From: Gekko japonicus | Taxonomy: Eukaryota | Length of the DNA stretch: 64,000 nt | Reading direction: 5' to 3' | Assembly (NCBI RefSeq): GCF_001447785.1 | Contig: NW_015169805.1 | Location: forward strand, 62,001 to 126,000 | Shown here: piece by piece, positions 13,811 through 25,706 of the stretch | Layout: every line of letters begins with the position of its first letter | How positions within the stretch are numbered: position 1 is the stretch's first letter | The notes under the pieces: model-generated | Databases searched by the model: none | What the model saw: only the letters and a program-made list of their open reading frames with translations | What the model was told of the DNA's origin: nothing | Translations under genes and position numbers: made by a program

Positions 13811-14288
13811 GCTATTTATTTACGTAAATATTTCTATCCCTATTTCCCTCCATCAAAGCAGTTTACATAAAATTTAAAAGCAAAAATACAAACTCTCATC
13901 AACATAAGTACAAATAAAAGGAAGTAAACCACAGCCTGATTCACTGCCCACCCACAGCCTGTCAGAGAAGCTTCACTTTACACAGCCTCTGAAAACTGTG
14001 CAAACATTGATGCCTTGAGAAGCCTGTTCCAGGTACAATCACTGAGGAAGAGCAAGCCCACACAGAAACCGTTATCACTGACCTGAATGGGAGGGACTAC
14101 CGCTAATCCCTGGTCAGATGATCAGAGCTGCTTTGGGAGCACATATGGATGGAAGCAGTCCCATAGCTACGATGGTCCCATGTTATGAAGGGCTTCAAAG
14201 AACATCAACACCTGGATCTGAGCACTGAAGCAAACTGGCATCTTAAATTTATGGCAACATGTTCAGAATGGCAGTCTAGCTCCAAAGT

Positions 14289-14632
14289 CCCCAACACGGT
14301 GCCCAAATATCCTTCTGGGCCCCCACCAAGTGTTTTTAGAAACTGGGCAGAGCCATTCGGGGTTCCTTGCCCAGCAGGGCTTCTGATTAGCCACTGAAGA
14401 TTTGATTGGCTGTGCAGATTAAAATAGCATTGTTTAAGGGGTAGCTGCCACCAGTGTGTTAGTTTTATTCTTTCACACACCTCTTTCCCAGTGTCTTTTA
14501 AAAATTACCCCTCTTTTCCCCTGTACTTGGGTGTCGTGTGGTGGGGAGAGGCCTCTGCCTCCTGTGGCAGCCACTCTCTGCTGGAATGACAAAGGTGCCT
14601 ATGGGGTCACAAAAAGGTTGGGGGGCCCTGGT
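14289..14632 (-). mobile_element. hAT-Charlie-like MITE (same family as 27497, 28550, 43299, 51978)
   Basis: gtccccaac...gggcttctgatt...aaggttggggggccctg; shared internal cagccaatca motif. Confidence 0.65.
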
Positions 14633-14742
14633 CTAGTTGCACTGTTCCACACCAATTGGAGCTTCTGTGATTGTCTTCAACGGTAGCCCCACATAGTATC
14701 TTAGAACAAGCCAATTACAGCACAGGACAGGAGAGAGAGAGG

Positions 14743-14804
14743 NNNNNNNNNNNNNNNNNNNNNNNNNNNNNNNNNNNNNNNNNNNNNNNNNNNNNNNNNN
14801 NNNN
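14743..14804. other. Assembly gap (N run)
   Basis: 62 N following a GA repeat. Confidence 1.
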
Positions 14805-15277
14805 CAGGACAGGAGGAAAAGAGAAAAGCGAGGGAAACTGGAAAGAGGGGTTCCCAAGCCATAGTTTTTTTCAAGAAGATCTGTTGAAAATTATTTAATT
14901 TACAAGCAGGGAGTGAGACCAGTGAAAAACCTGCTGGGGAGGGAAAATCCTGGTGGCAGCAATGCTCTCACTCGCTCACTGGCCCCCTTTCTCGACACTC
15001 TGGCTGCCCTGTCCTCAGTGCTTGCACAGCCGCTTATCTCCCTCACCATCACTGTTCTGTCCACCTCCTTCCACCAGTCCTTCTCACCAACCTGTAGCAC
15101 TGCCAACACCTCCATGCGCCCAGCTCATGCCGCAGCTGGAGGGGGGGGTTGCATTAGCTCATGGTCCTAGAATCACAGAATCACACAGAGTTGGAAGGGG
15201 TCATACAGGCCATCTAGTCCAATCCCCTTCTCATCCCTTGCCCACTCAACTTGCCTTGGAGGTGAAGGGGACAGCAA

Positions 15278-15296
15278 TTACTCCCCCTAGTGGCAG
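15278..15296 (-). promoter_or_regulatory. CTCF-like motif
   Basis: Reverse complement CTGCCACTAGGGGGAGTAA versus consensus TGGCCACCAGGGGGCGCTA. Motif match only. Confidence 0.45.
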
Positions 15297-16865
15297 GAAG
15301 GAGGGATGGCATTTCTGGCATCTCCCAGACCTCCTCCCCACTCACCAGCCGGCAGAGAGGCAGAGGTGATAAGGGATGCTCTTGGCAACTGGCGCCAATG
15401 CCAAAGCCAGCACCATAGCTGCATCTGGGTGCACGGGTTCAGCTGTCTCCTCCGCCCCTCCCTGCTCATCGTAAGCGCACACGTGCTGGAAGCATTCTTC
15501 TCTTGGTGGAAGGGGGTTTAAACACCCTCTCTCCATTGATTTTAATTTCTGCAGATAGGATGATGGTGAGTATTAGACATGCCTGTACCTTAAAGATGAA
15601 CCATAGAGCAAAAATGGTAGATAGGTCACACCAATTTTTTATGACTGTTAGGTAGAAGAGTTGAAGAATCCATCAGTCTATTCTGCCTCCTTCTGGAAAG
15701 TCGCTTCAATACGCCAAAACTCTGGGAAGGCATGTTTCTTACAACAGTACAAATGTCAAGTGACTGCACATCATTAAAACCTCATATACATAACAGCAAG
15801 CACTTTATCTAGATAAAGCTTTGGGATGTGCGTACTGTATGTTCGTAACACTAACAAAGAATCATTATGTCTTAGCTTCTATACTGTCCTAAGTTTCCAT
15901 ATTGCTTGTTCAGTTTTCTTTAGGTAAAAATGTAAAAGTTAAAAGGCTCTGGAACTGTGACAAACCCATCTAGATGCATATTGGATTTCAATATTGATTT
16001 TATAGCTGCCTTTGATCTCGTCCTACAACTATGCAACCAGTTCCTGGCAATTACAGCAGATTGCTCCACAAAGATATTCTAATCCTCCCAGTGTCCATCT
16101 GCATATAAAACCTACTGCAGGCAAGAACTTCAAGAACTCACAGAAGCTTTGGCACATCTAGGATCCATACAGAAGAGCTACTTAAGTGCATAATAAGATA
16201 CACAGATTACTATAAAGATTACTTCCTTTATGAGTGGAAATAGGATGGGCAGTAGCCATATAAACTGTACTGTTTATTTAAAAGGAGCCCCTAAATGCCA
16301 GATGAGCCACCCTGAGCGGTGGGATAGTCAACAGATGGCTGCCTGAAGACCACCAGCTGGCGTGCAGGGACATACGGAAGGAGACAGTCCTTCAAATACG
16401 TGGGACCTAAATCCCTTCACAACCTGGAAACTGCATATCTGAAGGACCATCTCCTTCCATATGTTACTGTTCACCAATGATGGCCTTCAGGCAGCCATTT
16501 GCTGGGTATCCTACAATTTAGTGAGGCCTGCCTGACCGTGACCAGAGCTTGGGCCTTTTCCGTCATGGTTCTTGCTCTGTGGAATAGTTCGCTGAAGAGG
16601 TGAGGGAAGCCCCCACTGTGGAAATCTTCAGAAGGCTCCACAAGGCCTGATTATTTGCCAAGGCTTTTGAAGGGGTTTGAATTGGCAGGCATCTTTTTAA
16701 GAGGGGAGGCAGGGAAAGGTTTGGGGTTCGTTGTTTTATTTCTTGGTTTTAACTGGAATTTTTTTTTTTTTGAAACTATTGTTGTAAACTGCCTTAAACC
16801 ATGAGGTATAAATGTTAAAATAAGTAAATAAATAAAATATATCTGATATTTCGTTAACCAGGTAT

Positions 16866-17097
16866 TATTTATTTTTACTTCATTCATACCTCACCTTCCT
16901 CCCCAATAAGAACCCAAGGTGGCTTAACATCATTCTCCCATCTTCCATTTCATCCTCACAGCAACAGCTTTTGTGAGGTAGGTTAGGGTGAGAGTGTGTG
17001 AATGGCCCAAAGTCACCTAGTAAGTTTACATAGCAGAAAGGGGAATTCGAACCTGAGTCCCCTAAAGCGTACTCCAGCACTCTAACCAGAACACCAG
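16866..17097 (-). mobile_element. Older Ther1/Squam3-like SINE
   Basis: tgtgaggtaggttagggtgagagtgtgtgaatggcccaaagtcacc...ggaattcgaacc...ctaacca. Confidence 0.7.
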
Positions 17098-19186
17098 ATT
17101 GACTTTCACACCTCACTGATATCCTTGTATACCTGGAAACATAACATGTGTTAAAGCAATGCCAGCCAGCCAGCACAGAAACTTGTTTCCATTGAATCAA
17201 GAGCAGCCCTTAAACCTTTGAGAAGTCTTCCGAAAAAGACTTTTGCTCTTTGGAAATCATACGTTGACCGTTTTCTGTTTTCCCTTAATTCTTATACGCC
17301 TTGACTTCCTGTCCTCTGTCAAGAATAAACCATTTTCCTTATTTACAATCATAATTTGCCCAGTGTCAACTCACTGTTAACTCAGAAGCTCTAGCCTAGA
17401 TCTACATAAGCCTCAAATTGCCTGTTTTTGCTTTAAAAATAGATTGTCAATGTCAGTTCCAGGAACTCATGCAAAGAGATAACCCGGACACTTTCACATC
17501 CCAGAAGACAAATATGTAACATATGCTAAACTGAAAACAGGTATTTAAAGGTGTCAGTGTGAAAACAACGTAAGCTATACTTTTAATGTGTGAAAAGTCA
17601 CTCCAAGACCAGATCTGAGCATGAGAAACATGCTGATTCATCCCAGATTTTTCCCAGAAGTGGCATTTCAACTTTGGACTTCCGGCATGCTGGCTGGGAA
17701 GACACCTCTGACCACCACAATATTTTTTCAAAGCTCTGTGATTCCCTAATAAGAGGGGTGCCATTTCTGCCAGTTAGTATGCAATTACCTCTCAACAGTT
17801 TTCATCTCTGTCTCAACTTTATTTAGACGTGAGCTTCAATGCACAAACTATGTCAACATGAGGTTATGATATGTGGTGTGCAACAGGAGTGGGGGGACCA
17901 CAGAATGGTCTTTTTGCTGGGTATGTTCTTTAGCCGTCTGCTCCATTTCCAGGAGTGGCAAAGCAGAGTGATAGTTTTTTTTAAGGTAGTGACTGCTTTT
18001 CACAATACTGATAAACCAAACTCAGCTTCAGTGGCTTGAGCCAACAACAGCCAGTTGACAGTCTTTCAGAGTATTTGCAGTTGACCAATGCATTGCACTT
18101 AGCTTTGCATTGCAAGAGTGTCACAGTTAATTCTCAGAGATTGCAAAACCCTACGCTAAACTACCACTGTAAAAACCTTACCCAAAGAAAGAAAAAAGTA
18201 TCACACCCAGAACATGCTCCGATTTTGCAGCAGGACATCAGGAGGTACATGGTTCTACTGCTGGCCTTGCACACATGCCCCCTCAGTTTATACTGCAGAG
18301 ATTCTCAGATTTGACCGGAGTCCTGTTGGGTTTGGGCACTGACTGCCACAGTGGCACTGGTTCTGGTGAGCACACTGCACTGGTTCTGCTGCTGGCCTTG
18401 CAAACATGGCCCTTCACACCATACCTCACTTACTTTCTAGTGCAGAAATTCCCTGGGAGACACTGCTGCCTGCTTTTTCCCCCTTCCATAGGAAACAATG
18501 AAGGATTGGGGGCACCCTCTTTGGATGCCCCTAGAATTGGTCCCCTTGGTCCAATCTTTTCCAAATTCGGGGGTTTCTTTCAGGGAGTTTGGGGGTTTCT
18601 TTCAGGGTTCTTTCAGGGAGAGGCTCCAACAGCTACTGTACAAATTTGGTGCCTCTAGCTCAAACTCCCCCCCCCCAGCCCACTGGTTAGAAGATTTTTG
18701 TGTTTTGACTACAATGGCCACATATGATATAATGGAGCCGAATATTTTTGGGTATATCTAATATTTTTGGGTACCAATACAATACCGGTACTGGTATTTG
18801 GGTATATTTGGGAATACTGGAAAAATTCGGCTTTGTTATACCTGAATGCAAAAAACCCCGATTTCCCGCCACCCAGCACATCCCTAGTTAATACCATCTG
18901 CTCAGACAAGCAGCAAGTCTCCAAGGTCTCAGGCTGAAGTCTTTCACATCACCTACTATTTGCTGCCCCCAAAACTCTCTTAAGAGAGTTGAGGTGCCCC
19001 TTTGGTAATAGCTGCCACATACCCTTTTATTTACTCTCAAGCACCCATTTGACATGGAGGGGAACATCAAGCCAGGGGGCACCAGTAACTTAGAGATCAG
19101 TATGACCAGGAGTACAAACACTGATGCAGTCTTAACTTCTGGAACAGACAGAAGTTTTATTCATGACAAAAACATCAATACAACTT

Positions 19187-19476
19187 GAGGAGGAGGAGGA
19201 GAAGAGGAGATTGGATTTATACCCCACCCTTCACAACCCAAAGAACTCTCAGAGCGGCTTACAATCTCTTTCCCTTCCCCTCCCCACAACAGACACCCTG
19301 TGAGGTAGGTGGGGCTGAAAAAGCTCTCCTGAGAACTGTCCTTGAGAGAACAGCTCTGAAAGAACTTATAACTGACCCAAGGTCACACCAGCAGCTGTAT
19401 GTGGAAGAATGGGGTATCAAACCCAGTTCTCCGAGATTAGAGTCCGCGCTCTTAACCACTACACCAAATTGGCTCT
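19187..19476 (-). mobile_element. Squam3-like SINE, full length
   Basis: GAG/GAA-repeat tail at left, tRNA-like head ...ttaaccactacaccaaattggctctc at right. Confidence 0.85.
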
Positions 19477-20212
19477 CAATTATGCAGGCTACAAACTTGG
19501 GGTACAGTCTTTAAGAAAACAAAACAGAGACAGGTTCCTAATCGAAGTTTAGCACAATTATCTAACATCAGCATCTCTCTCCCACCTTGGGTGTAGATGG
19601 GTGGATGCACACTGAGGAAGGCTTCTCACCATCACACACAAGCCAACAACCAAGCAGTCCGCATCTAACCCTCTCCAGTGGCATCAGGGGTGCCAGGGCC
19701 AATCTGTTCCCTGCGGCAAGGGTCTCTCTAGTCCACCAAAAAAACCTGTGCCACCACCTTGAGTTCCACGTCAATGCATTTTACAGCTTCACACTCAGGA
19801 TATGAAAACACATCAACCTGGCCTCTACTGACATATCATGACTGGTTGTCTTCAACCACTGGGCATTCTCCCTCATCCATCACCATAAGCTCTCTTTCCT
19901 GGGTGAGCCATCTGGTTGGCTTTATGGCTAGTGGGTCTCATGCTCTCTTATTCATAATGCAGGCAAGTCACACAAAAATTAAAGGGACATTAAGTCAGTG
20001 GGAATGAAAGGGTTGGATCCAACAGCAGAATGGAACTTTCCTGCCTGCTCTCTCCCAGAGCCACCCACTGATCTCCATGACATGCTGCTTCAGGGGTAGG
20101 ATAGGGAACCTTGAGGAACGACGCGATGGGGGGGGGGCTGGAAAGGTGAAATTGATGGATATTGCGAAGTCAGCCTGGATCCAACCCATTGATTTAAACT
20201 GGATTTCTCTGG

Positions 20213-21918
20213 GCCCTGACCTGGATAGCCCAAGCTAGCCCCATCTTAGTGAATCTCAGAAGCTAAGCAGGGTTGCCCCTGGTTAGTATTTGGATGGGAG
20301 ACCACCAAGGAAGTCCAGGATCGCAATACAGAGGCAGGCAATGGGAAACCACCTCTGAACATCTCTTGCCTTGAAAACCAGAGATTGCTCTTGCTTATTA
20401 AGAAGTTATATACCTCCACAATCTGTCAAGTAAAATGTTCCTTAGCAGGAAAATTAACACCAAAAATCCCTACTAATAAAGGAATAAAACAACTGTGTCT
20501 TAGCTCCCACTTTATTTAATCTTTTTCTTAATGATCTTGCCCTGTTTTTGACTGGAGTTGATGGTCATAGTCCTAAATTTGGCTCTATACATGTACCACT
20601 GTTACTATACACAGATGATGCAGTACTTGTGTCTTGCTCACAAGTCGGCCTGAAGCATCTACTGAATCGATGTCTGGAGTTCTTTGCATCTAATAGGCTC
20701 CAACTGAATTATGAAAAATCGAAAATTCTTGTTTTCTCAAGAACGTGGAAACCGTACAAATGGGAAATAAGTAGAAATAGAATACAACAGGTTAAACATT
20801 TTAAATACTTAGGTATACATTTCCAATACAATGCCTCTTGGACTACCCAAAATAAATCAGCAATAAATCCGGCTAACATCAGCACCACGGCTATTACCTT
20901 TTCTATACCAGAGGCAACTAATTTGTACCTGCTGCACTAAAGATATTTAATGCCAAAGTGGATCTGCAGCTGCTATATGGTACGCCACTCTGGATTGGTG
21001 CATTTGATCATTCTCTGGAACGTATTCAGTCCAAACTGCTCCGTAAAATCTGGGGAATGCCGCATTGTGTGCCTTATGCAGCACTCTGTTTGGAAACTGG
21101 ACAAGCCTTACTTGAAACCAGGGCGTGGCTCGCAACTATTAAATACTGGCTGCAACTACATTATAACCCTGATCTCTCTAGTTTTACTTATCAAATGCAA
21201 TCAGAATCTGAATCAGCAAACTGGTTAGCTTGCATTGAAAAGAAAATTAATGTTATTGGCCTATCCCTGGATCCACTATCTATGCTTTCCCAATCGGATG
21301 CATTCCATAGAATTAAACAGAGAGTTTTGGACACTGAATCACAAAATGTGGCCAACAAAACTTGCTCTCCCTTAAGCTTGGAGATTCCACTAAAAGCAGG
21401 CCATATGGCTCCATAGCTCCATGCCTTTCAAATTCCACAACAACGTAGAGTTTTTTCATTGGCCAGATTTAATGTAATGCCATCTGCAATCCTATATGGA
21501 AGGTTTCAAAAGTTGCCATATCCAGCCATTGTCCCTGTAAAGTTGCATTGAAACAATTTCACATATCCTTTTTTATTGTCCTTTTTATGTAGAAATTCGT
21601 ACCAAATATCTAAACCCTATTTTGGTAAATAAGACGGTAAATAAGGACACTTTATCCTTAATGACTCCTCTCCAGATATAATTGAGAAGGTGACTATATT
21701 TTTGCAATGCACAATAAAGTTGTGCTGTGATAAGATATAAAGAGTCAATTTGATTGTATATTTACTCAATTGTAATTTAAAAGCAATCTTTATTCTATGT
21801 TATATCTTATCTATTTATATGCCAATAAAGGACTGATTGATTGATTGATTGATTGCCTTGAAAACCCTACAGAGTCACCATATGTCGACTGCAACTTCAC
21901 AGCACTTTCCACCACCAC
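20213..21918 (+). mobile_element. 5S-derived SINE split by a LINE insertion (20213-20379 plus 21853-21918)
   Basis: Head gccctgacctggatagccc...; tail resumes at ttgccttgaaaaccctacagagtcaccatatgtc. Confidence 0.85.
20380..21852 (+). mobile_element. 5'-truncated RTE-X-like LINE (RT C-terminal half plus CCHC-like end), decayed
   Basis: ORF 20548-20940 LLYTDDAVL...LNYEKSKILVF...FKYLG; downstream CPC...ETISHILFYCPFY; AATAAA and (GATT)n tail; 14-bp TSD ttgccttgaaaacc at 20366-20379 and 21853-21866. Confidence 0.8.
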
Positions 21919-21938
21919 AGCATTCTCTGGATTAGGGC

Positions 21939-22144
21939 CAGTGTTCCCTCTAAACTGAGTTAGTGTGAGTTAGCTCACAATTTTTTAGCCTCTGGCTCAC
22001 ACATTTTTGTCTTCGCTCAGGAAGGATGGCTCCAGAGCAAACTCATTTATGCAGAAGCCAAATCGCTCGCTCACAACTTTAATACCAGTAGCTCACAAAG
22101 TCGAATTTTTGCTCACAAGACTCCACAGCTTAGAGGGAACATTG
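21939..22144 (+). mobile_element. hAT-type MITE
   Basis: TIR cagtgttccctcta/tagagggaacattg and perfect 8-bp TSD attagggc. Confidence 0.9.
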
Positions 22145-22164
22145 ATTAGGGCCCACCAGATTTT

Positions 22165-24268
22165 TAAAAAGTACTTTAGATGCACTCAAAGTTTAGGAAT
22201 GCCCAAACAGACTTTTGGCTCTTTTCCATATTATCCCACAAACTCTTTTCCTAAGAACAGCAGATCTCCATATCATATCTCAGACTGTTTTGCAAACAAA
22301 CAATTTGCCAGGCAGCCAGGGAGGACTGCTGTTTGAGAAACATAAACATCCATAAACAAGCCCACTGTGAATCCTCTGCAACGCATTTTGCAGATAAAAT
22401 TGCTCTCATCTTTTAGACACCACAACAGGACTGGTTCAATTTTAGTATGGAGTCTTAGTCCTATCATGGATGACCTTTCAGTTGGTGAGGCCTAATGAAA
22501 TTGACAAGGTGCTTCAAAGTGTGCGGGCTCACCATGTCTAGTCTCGACCTTTGCCCCCCAGCTAATTGTATCAACGCCAGGGTGGATTGGCTGATTAGGT
22601 CCAGGAGGTAATCAATGCCTCTCTGTGGGAGGATGTAGTTCCAACCACTTTGAAAAGGGCAGCTGTGAGACTCCTCCTGAAGAAGACATCCCTAGATCCA
22701 AATGACCTAAACAACAACTGCCCAGTGGCTGACCTTCCATTCTTGAGTAATGTGTTCAAGTGGATGGTGGCTACACAGTTTAATGTGGTCTTGGAGGAGA
22801 CAGATTATCTATACCCACTTCAATCCAGAGTCAGGCCTGGACACAGGAAGAAACTGCTTTGATCGCCCTGACTGATGACCTTCACCAGGAAAGTGAGAGG
22901 GGGATGAACCCCTGTTGATTCTCCTGGACCTCTCTAAGGCTTTCAATACCATTGGCCCATGGTATCCTTCTGGTGAGGTTGACTGAGAGTTAGGGGCACT
23001 GCTTTCTCTGGCCTAGATCTACATAAGCCTCAAATCGCCTGTTTTTGCTTTAAAAATAGTCAATGTCAGTTCCAGGAACTCATGCAAATAGATAACCCGG
23101 ATACTTTCACATCCCAGAAGACAAATATGTAACAACATATGCTAAACTGAAAGCAGGTATTTAAAGGTGTCAGTGTGAAAACAACATACACTATACTTTT
23201 AATGTGTGAAAAGTCACTCCAAGACCAGATCTGAGCATGAGAAACATACTGTGGATCACCACAGTGATCCATGATCTGATCATATCAAAGTCAGATTACT
23301 ATAATGCACTCTTGTGTGGGGCTGCCTTTGAAAACAATTTGGAAACGTCAGGAGTTGGTTACAAGGACTGTATCACTGGGATGGGCACTAACTGAATTAC
23401 AAACTAAAATTCGTATTATCCCACAAGCTAAAAAGTACTTTAGATGCACTCAAAGTTTAGGAATGCCCAAACAGACTTTTGGCTCTTTTCCATATTATCC
23501 CACAAGCTCTTTTCCTAAGAACAGCAGATCTCCATATCATATCTCAGACTGTTTTGCAAACAAACAATTTGCCAGGCAGCCAGGGAGGACTGCTGTTTGA
23601 GAAACATAAACATCCATAAACAAGCCCACTGTGAATCCTCTGCAACACATTTTGCAGATAAAATTGCTCTCATCTTTTAGACACCACAACAGGACTGGTT
23701 CAATTTTAGTATGGAGTCTTAGTCCTATCATGGATGACCTTTCAGTTGGTGAGGCCTAATGAAATTGACAAGGGCTTCAAAGTGTGCGGGCTCACCATGT
23801 CTAGTCTCGACCTTTGCCCCCCAGCTAATTGTATCAACGCCAGGGTGGATTGGCTGATTAGGTCCAGGAGGTAATCAATGCCTCTCCGTGGGAGGATGTA
23901 GTTCCAACCACTTTGAAAAGGGCAGCTGTGAGACTCCTCCTGAAGAAGACATCCCTAGATCCAAATGACCTAAACAACAACTGCCCAGTGGCTGACCTTC
24001 CATTCTTGAGTAAGGTGTTCAAGTGGATGGTGGCTACACAGTTTAATGTGGTCTTGGAGGAGACAGATTATCTATACCCACTTCAATCCAGAGTCAGGCC
24101 TGGACACAGGAAGAAACTGCTTTGATCGCCCTGACTGATGACCTTCACCAGGAAAGTGAGAGGGGGATGAACCCCTGTTGATTCTCCTGGACCTCTCTAA
24201 GGCTTTCAATACCATTGGCCCATGGTATCCTTCTGGTGAGGTTGACTGAGAGTTAGGGGCACTGCTTT
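22165..24268 (+). repeat. Complex local duplication: A 22165-23005 repeated at 23429-24268, with intervening copies of 17389-17631, 24954-25111 and 24324-24342
   Basis: Direct comparison of the sequences; duplicate ORFs (22650/23913, 22273/23537, 23304/25000, 17453/23066) agree. Confidence 0.95.
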
Positions 24269-24489
24269 TAAGTGGTTCTGTTTTACTTGACCAACCTATG
24301 CTTTGGGGTCCTGTAGGGTTCCATATTATCCCACAAGCTAAATAGTATCTACATGAAACAGCTGGGAAATATCATCTAAAGGTTTCGACTGAGATGCCAC
24401 CAACATGTGGATAACACCCAACTTTATTTCTCCTTAACAACTAAGCCCTGAAGTCCTGAATAGGTGCCTGGAAAAGGTAATGGGGATGG

Positions 24490-24718
24490 ATGGTCCATCA
24501 GTGGCTATTAGCCACAAGGTATAGATAGGGGCTCTGGGGCAAGTGATGCTCTGTCTTCTTGGTGCTGGGGGGGTCAACAGTGGGAGGGCTTCTAATGTCC
24601 TGGCCCCACTGGTGGACCTCCTGATGGCACTGGTATTTCTGGCCACTGTGTGACACAGAGTGTTGGACTGGATGGGCCTTTGGCCTGATCCAACATTGGC
24701 GTCTCTTATGTTCTTATG
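24490..24718 (+). mobile_element. CR1 3' UTR fragment inserted in L2
   Basis: ggtccatcagtggctattagcc...tgttggactggatgggcc...cttatgttcttatg; splits the L2 frame between VMG(W)M and RANKLKLN. Confidence 0.8.
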
Positions 24719-25072
24719 AGAGCCAATAAACTGAAGCTCAATCCAGACAAGACTAAGGTGTCATCAGTCAATAATGAAGCTGCTTGGGGACCACAGAGTT
24801 GCACTCCCCCTGAAGGGGCAGATTTGTACTTTGGGGGTCCCACTAGATCGTGGCCTACAGTTGGAAGCTCAGGTCTCCTCTATGGTTCACAGAGACTTTA
24901 ATCAGCTCTGGCTGGTTCACTAGCTACAGCTGTTCCTCAAAAAGCACGATCTGACCACAGTGATCCATGATCTGATCATATCAAAGTCAGATTACTATCA
25001 TGCACTCTTGTGTGGGGCTGCCTTTGAAAACAATCTGGAAACGTCAGGAGTTGGTTACAAGGACTGTATCAC

Positions 25073-25361
25073 TGGGATGGGCACTAACTGAATTACAAAC
25101 TAAAATTCGTAATGAAGTAGGTTCGAGTCATGGTTCGCGAACCTCGGTTCATGCCATCCCGCCCCATGAACCTCCCATGTGGCTTTGGGACATTTGTGTG
25201 GTTTGTGCCAGCAGACATGCTGGGGCTTGGAGAAGACATTTAAAGAGACCAAAAACCACTGAGCCTCGAACCAGTTCATTAAACAGAAAGGTTTGTGGTT
25301 CGTGAGACCCCACGAACCACAAACGTTCACAAACCTCAATTTTCCCAGTTTCCCATCCCTA
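25073..25361. mobile_element. hAT-type MITE, TIR T(A)GGGATGGG
   Basis: tgggatgggc...cccatcccta; 8-bp TSD tgtatcac/tgtattac; many ggttcg/cgaacc subterminal repeats. Confidence 0.8.
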
Positions 25362-25422
25362 TGTATTACCCCAGTACTGAAAGATCTGCACTGGTTAACC
25401 ATTTGATTCCGGGCACAATTAA

Positions 25423-25706
25423 AAGAGCCAGTTTGGTGTAGTGGTTAAGTGTGCGGATTCTAATCTGGGCGAACCGGGTTTGATTCTCCACTCCTCCACT
25501 TGCACCTGCTGATGTGACCTTGGGTCAGTCACAAGCTCTGGCACAGCTGTCCTTGAAAAAGAGCAGTTTGTGTCAGAGTTCTCTCAGCTCCACCCACCTC
25601 ACAGGGTGTCTGTTGTGGGGAGGGGAAGGGAAAGGAGTTTGTAAGCCGCTCTGAGACTCCAAGTGAAGGGTGGGGTATAAATCCAATCTCTTCTTCTTCT
25701 TCTTCT
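25423..25706 (+). mobile_element. Squam3-like SINE, young, near-identical to the 62818 copy
   Basis: agagccagtttggtgtagtggttaag head, (CTT)n tail, flanking taaaag repeat. Confidence 0.9.

Noticed and set aside
14900-15536. GC-rich segment resembling a Harbinger transposon remnant (AEVIRDAL)
   Set aside because: Only a few residues match, with no DDE motifs or TIRs; needs a profile search.
20548-21416. Domesticated or active reverse transcriptase
   Set aside because: 5'-truncated, frameshifted, and YADD is changed to YTDD.
22165-24268. Duplication as a simple assembly artefact
   Set aside because: Copies differ at several sites and the junctions carry microhomology and fold-back inserts; not fully excluded without reads.
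25423-25500. tRNA gene
   Set aside because: It is the A/B-box head of a Squam3 SINE followed by SINE body and tail.
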